This document shows, piece after piece, positions 38,354-41,988 of a DNA stretch of 41,988 nucleotides (positions are counted from its first letter, which is position 1; every line of letters begins with the position of its first letter). Below the pieces are notes generated by a model. That model had not been told where the DNA came from. It made no database searches and saw nothing but the letters and a program-made list of their open reading frames with translations. The DNA is taken from NCBI RefSeq assembly GCF_001194135.2, contig NC_068981.1, positions 175,326,803 through 175,368,790 of the forward strand, given 5' to 3'. This stretch comes from Octopus bimaculoides. Its lineage: Eukaryota. The translations under genes and the position numbers were made by a program.

Positions 38354-39591
38354 TATATATACTCATAAAATTTTATGCCGTTTGAAACAGAATTAACTGT
38401 ACAGAAGCAATAGGTGTATTCACTCATACTAACTGTAATCACATTCCGAAAAAACCTACAGGTTCACTCAGCTTTCTAGAAATAGCAGCCAAATCTCCCA
38501 GAAATAATATCATATCCCCTTTAATAATGCAGAACACATTTCATAATGCAGTGGTCGATATACTATGGAAAAAGTAAATTTTAAAAAAATATTACAATTA
38601 GAAGACCAATGATTATGAGCCTACCCGACGAGGATGGATACACACACGCTACGGGTTCTCTCCACCCACGCCGTAATACCTAATTTTAAGAATATAAGTA
38701 CAGAAACATACTTTCTATTGCTGCTTGCAGTTATAAGTATCAAGAGTTTGGTGGGTAAAAGAATTCTAGCTTTGGCACATGGTCACACATTTGCACAGTT
38801 GAGTTGTAGTCAATTGCATCAACATCGCTCGTAGCGAGTACATAATTTATCAAACTTGATGACGGTTAACAGAAACTGAAATCTAGTACGACCTGAACTC
38901 ATAGAAAACCCTGCTAGGAGTATATATATATATATATATTGTAAAATGGTAACTAGCTAATCAACTTGTAATGGATACACTGCATGGGGATAAGATACTG
39001 ACTGACATATTCCAAATACCCAATTATCTACGGAACTCACTAACAACTCATAATCTAACGGATATACAGAAAGCACTTAAACTGATTTACACGGACATAC
39101 ATTTCCAAATTCCTCTTATGAACAATCATCCTGAAGCATAAAATCCTACAGTAACAAAGTTGTGAAGGGACGCTGAACGTTTGAAGTGAACTTGACGTTT
39201 GTAGAGTACAAATATGCTAATGCGCTGATTCCTTTGTATCATGTTGGCTTGAGTGAGGGGAGATAAACTAATTGCTAAGGAAGCCGAATGATAAATTGAT
39301 GATATCGTTGTTCGTAGCCTGAGATAAAGCGATGGTAAATAGTGTCAGATAGGCATTGTAGGTTATATCTAGCTTAACGATCTAATTTATGCATGTATGC
39401 TCCTGTCCTCGTTTTTGCAACGCAGAATTAGTTACTACGACTGCATATACGCTTACACTCATAGAGACAACTATCAGGAAAATATGAACCACACTACTTC
39501 GATAATAAAAACAGATAAAAAAAAAACAACGTTTAAAGAAAATAAATAACCAGCGTTCGAACTGACACACACAAATACATACATACATACA

Positions 39592-39640
<49 letters not shown>

Positions 39641-40632
39641 NNNNNNNNNNNNNNNNNNNNNNNNNNNNNNNNNNNNNNNNNNNNNNNNNNNNNNNNNNNN
39701 NNNNNNNNNNNNNNNNNNNNNNNNNNNNNNNNNNNNNNNNNNNNNNNNNNNNNNNNNNNNNNNNNNNNNNNNNNNNNNNNNNNNNNNNNNNNNNNNNNNN
39801 NNNNNNNNNNNNNNNNNNNNNNNNNNNNNNNNNNNNNNNNNNNNNNNNNNNNNNNNNNNNNNNNNNNNNNNNNNNNNNNNNNNNNNNNNNNNNNNNNNNN
39901 NNNNNNNNNNNNNNNNNNNNNNNNNNNNNNNNNNNNNNNNNNNNNNNNNNNNNNNNNNNNNNNNNNNNNNNNNNNNNNNNNNNNNNNNNNNNNNNNNNNN
40001 NNNNNNNNNNNNNNNNNNNNNNNNNNNNNNNNNNNNNNNNNNNNNNNNNNNNNNNNNNNNNNNNNNNNNNNNNNNNNNNNNNNNNNNNNNNNNNNNNNNN
40101 NNNNNNNNNNNNNNNNNNNNNNNNNNNNNNNNNNNNNNNNNNNNNNNNNNNNNNNNNNNNNNNNNNNNNNNNNNNNNNNNNNNNNNNNNNNNNNNNNNNN
40201 NNNNNNNNNNNNNNNNNNNNNNNNNNNNNNNNNNNNNNNNNNNNNNNNNNNNNNNNNNNNNNNNNNNNNNNNNNNNNNNNNNNNNNNNNNNNNNNNNNNN
40301 NNNNNNNNNNNNNNNNNNNNNNNNNNNNNNNNNNNNNNNNNNNNNNNNNNNNNNNNNNNNNNNNNNNNNNNNNNNNNNNNNNNNNNNNNNNNNNNNNNNN
40401 NNNNNNNNNNNNNNNNNNNNNNNNNNNNNNNNNNNNNNNNNNNNNNNNNNNNNNNNNNNNNNNNNNNNNNNNNNNNNNNNNNNNNNNNNNNNNNNNNNNN
40501 NNNNNNNNNNNNNNNNNNNNNNNNNNNNNNNNNNNNNNNNNNNNNNNNNNNNNNNNNNNNNNNNNNNNNNNNNNNNNNNNNNNNNNNNNNNNNNNNNNNN
40601 NNNNNNNNNNNNNNNNNNNNNNNNNNNNNNNN

Positions 40633-40690
<58 letters not shown>

Positions 40691-41016
40691 CAGACAAACA
40701 GTCAGACAGACAGAAGAAAGAATGAGTGAAGGTAGAACTAGCGACAGCCAAAGAATTGGTTTCGTGAGGCTGTTAAAGAATCTGAATTATTTTCTCAATA
40801 ACAGGTCACGTGAGCTATGACTAATGCATGGCACTGTCCAACCAGATTGACACATGAAATATGGTGGTCTTAATTAGCCTTAAATTGTCCGTTATTATCA
40901 TTATTTATCAGCATTCCTGTTGGGCAAGGTCGTAAACCCCAGGAATGAATGCAGCTCCTAAGGAACATGAATCAAATAAGACCTAAGCTAGTTTATGACA
41001 ACAACGTAAACAACTA

Positions 41017-41061
<45 letters not shown>

Positions 41062-41071
41062 NNNNNNNNNN

Positions 41072-41097
41072 CACGTTATAAAAATAAAACTACTGAA
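41072..41097 (+). mobile_element. 3' terminus of a second copy of the 30045 R4/Dong family, between a gap and (TAA)n
   Basis: CACGTTATAAAAATAAAACTACTGAA versus TACGTTATAAAAATAAAATTACTGAA at 30376-30401 (24/26 identical). TAA repeats lie on both sides of the gap. Confidence 0.75.
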
Positions 41098-41118
41098 TAA
41101 TAATAATAATAATAATAT

Positions 41119-41468
41119 ATGCCCTGATGCAGAACCAGGCAGTGACTCTCATAGCTTCTGATCTTAGCGGAGTGGAGGTGTTATCATGTACATTGTATTG
41201 TCTTGGTATAAAAGACGCTCTAAGGCAAATATTCTGCTCAATACCACAGATTTGCTTGTCAGTTGTTTGACCATAACCATTTGAGCATGTCCCTTAGAGG
41301 CTGACCATATGTGCCTCTCTGATCATGAGCAGAAGTACTTGGGGAGCATCATAGCCATGTGTTGGGAGGAATTCTTTGGGGTATGGATAATTCACCTTTG
41401 GAAACATAGGTGTTTTATTCAACATTTTAAACAACCCTTATTCAGGGACCTTTTGAGCGGGATGGGCT
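41119..41468 (-). mobile_element. Unclassified retroposon 3' portion ending at an (ATT)n tract
   Basis: Non-microsatellite block whose minus-strand end TGCCTGGTTCTGCATCAGGGCAT can form a short hairpin and abuts an ATT repeat. I recall it as a common octopus repeat, but only one copy is in this window. Confidence 0.45.
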
Positions 41469-41541
41469 CAGAACTTAAAGAAGGACGAAACGCCGCAAAG
41501 CATTTTACCCGGCGTGCTAATGATTCTGCTAGTTCACTGCC
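41467..41541 (-). mobile_element. SINE family B, head fragment
   Basis: Reverse complement GGCAGTGAACTAGCAGAATCATTAGCACGCCGGGTAAAATGCTTTGCGG..GTTCTGAG. Confidence 0.8.
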
Positions 41542-41596
41542 TTAACAACAACAAAAATAACAACAACAACAGCAACAGCAACAATAATAATAATAA

Positions 41597-41760
41597 AGTG
41601 AACCGAGATAATAGTTAACACGCCGGATAAAATGCTTAAGTTATTTCTTCTGGATTTACGTTCTGAGTTCGAATACTACTTGAGATCATCTTTATCTTTC
41701 ATCCTTTCGTGCTGTAAAAAATAAATATCAGTAGAACACTGAGATCCATGTAGTCGACAA
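41597..41760 (+). mobile_element. SINE family B, decayed
   Basis: GTTAACACGCCGGATAAAATGCTTAAG..TTTACGTTCTGAGTTCGAAT..TTTCATCCTTTCG..CACTGAG..GTAGTCGAC. Confidence 0.75.
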
Positions 41761-41765
41761 GCCGT

Positions 41766-41988
<223 letters not shown>

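Overview
Eukaryotic, AT-rich, repeat-dense DNA, intergenic or deep intronic, from a draft assembly with 11 N-gaps (about 4 kb in total, mostly next to microsatellites). The SINE families and the microsatellite load look like a coleoid cephalopod, probably Octopus; this is inferred from recalled repeat families, not from a search. I can support no intact host gene, rRNA, tRNA gene or CRISPR array. Most listed ORFs are translations of microsatellites or N-runs. The window holds: (1) about 20 tRNA-derived SINE copies or fragments from at least four families; (2) seven fragments of R4/Dong-clade non-LTR retrotransposons from at least three lineages, several sitting in (TAA)n tracts; (3) a 439-bp non-coding RTE-like retroposon with an 11-bp target-site duplication (TSD); (4) a complete 1,300-bp mariner with terminal inverted repeats (TIRs), TA TSD and a disabled D,D34D transposase; (5) a fold-back inverted repeat with ~175-bp arms; (6) a few weak exon-like segments. 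The best leads are the long hairpin, the RTE-like element and the 3' end it shares with a young SINE, and the microsatellite-targeted R4/Dong lineages. I do not see a clearly novel multi-gene system.
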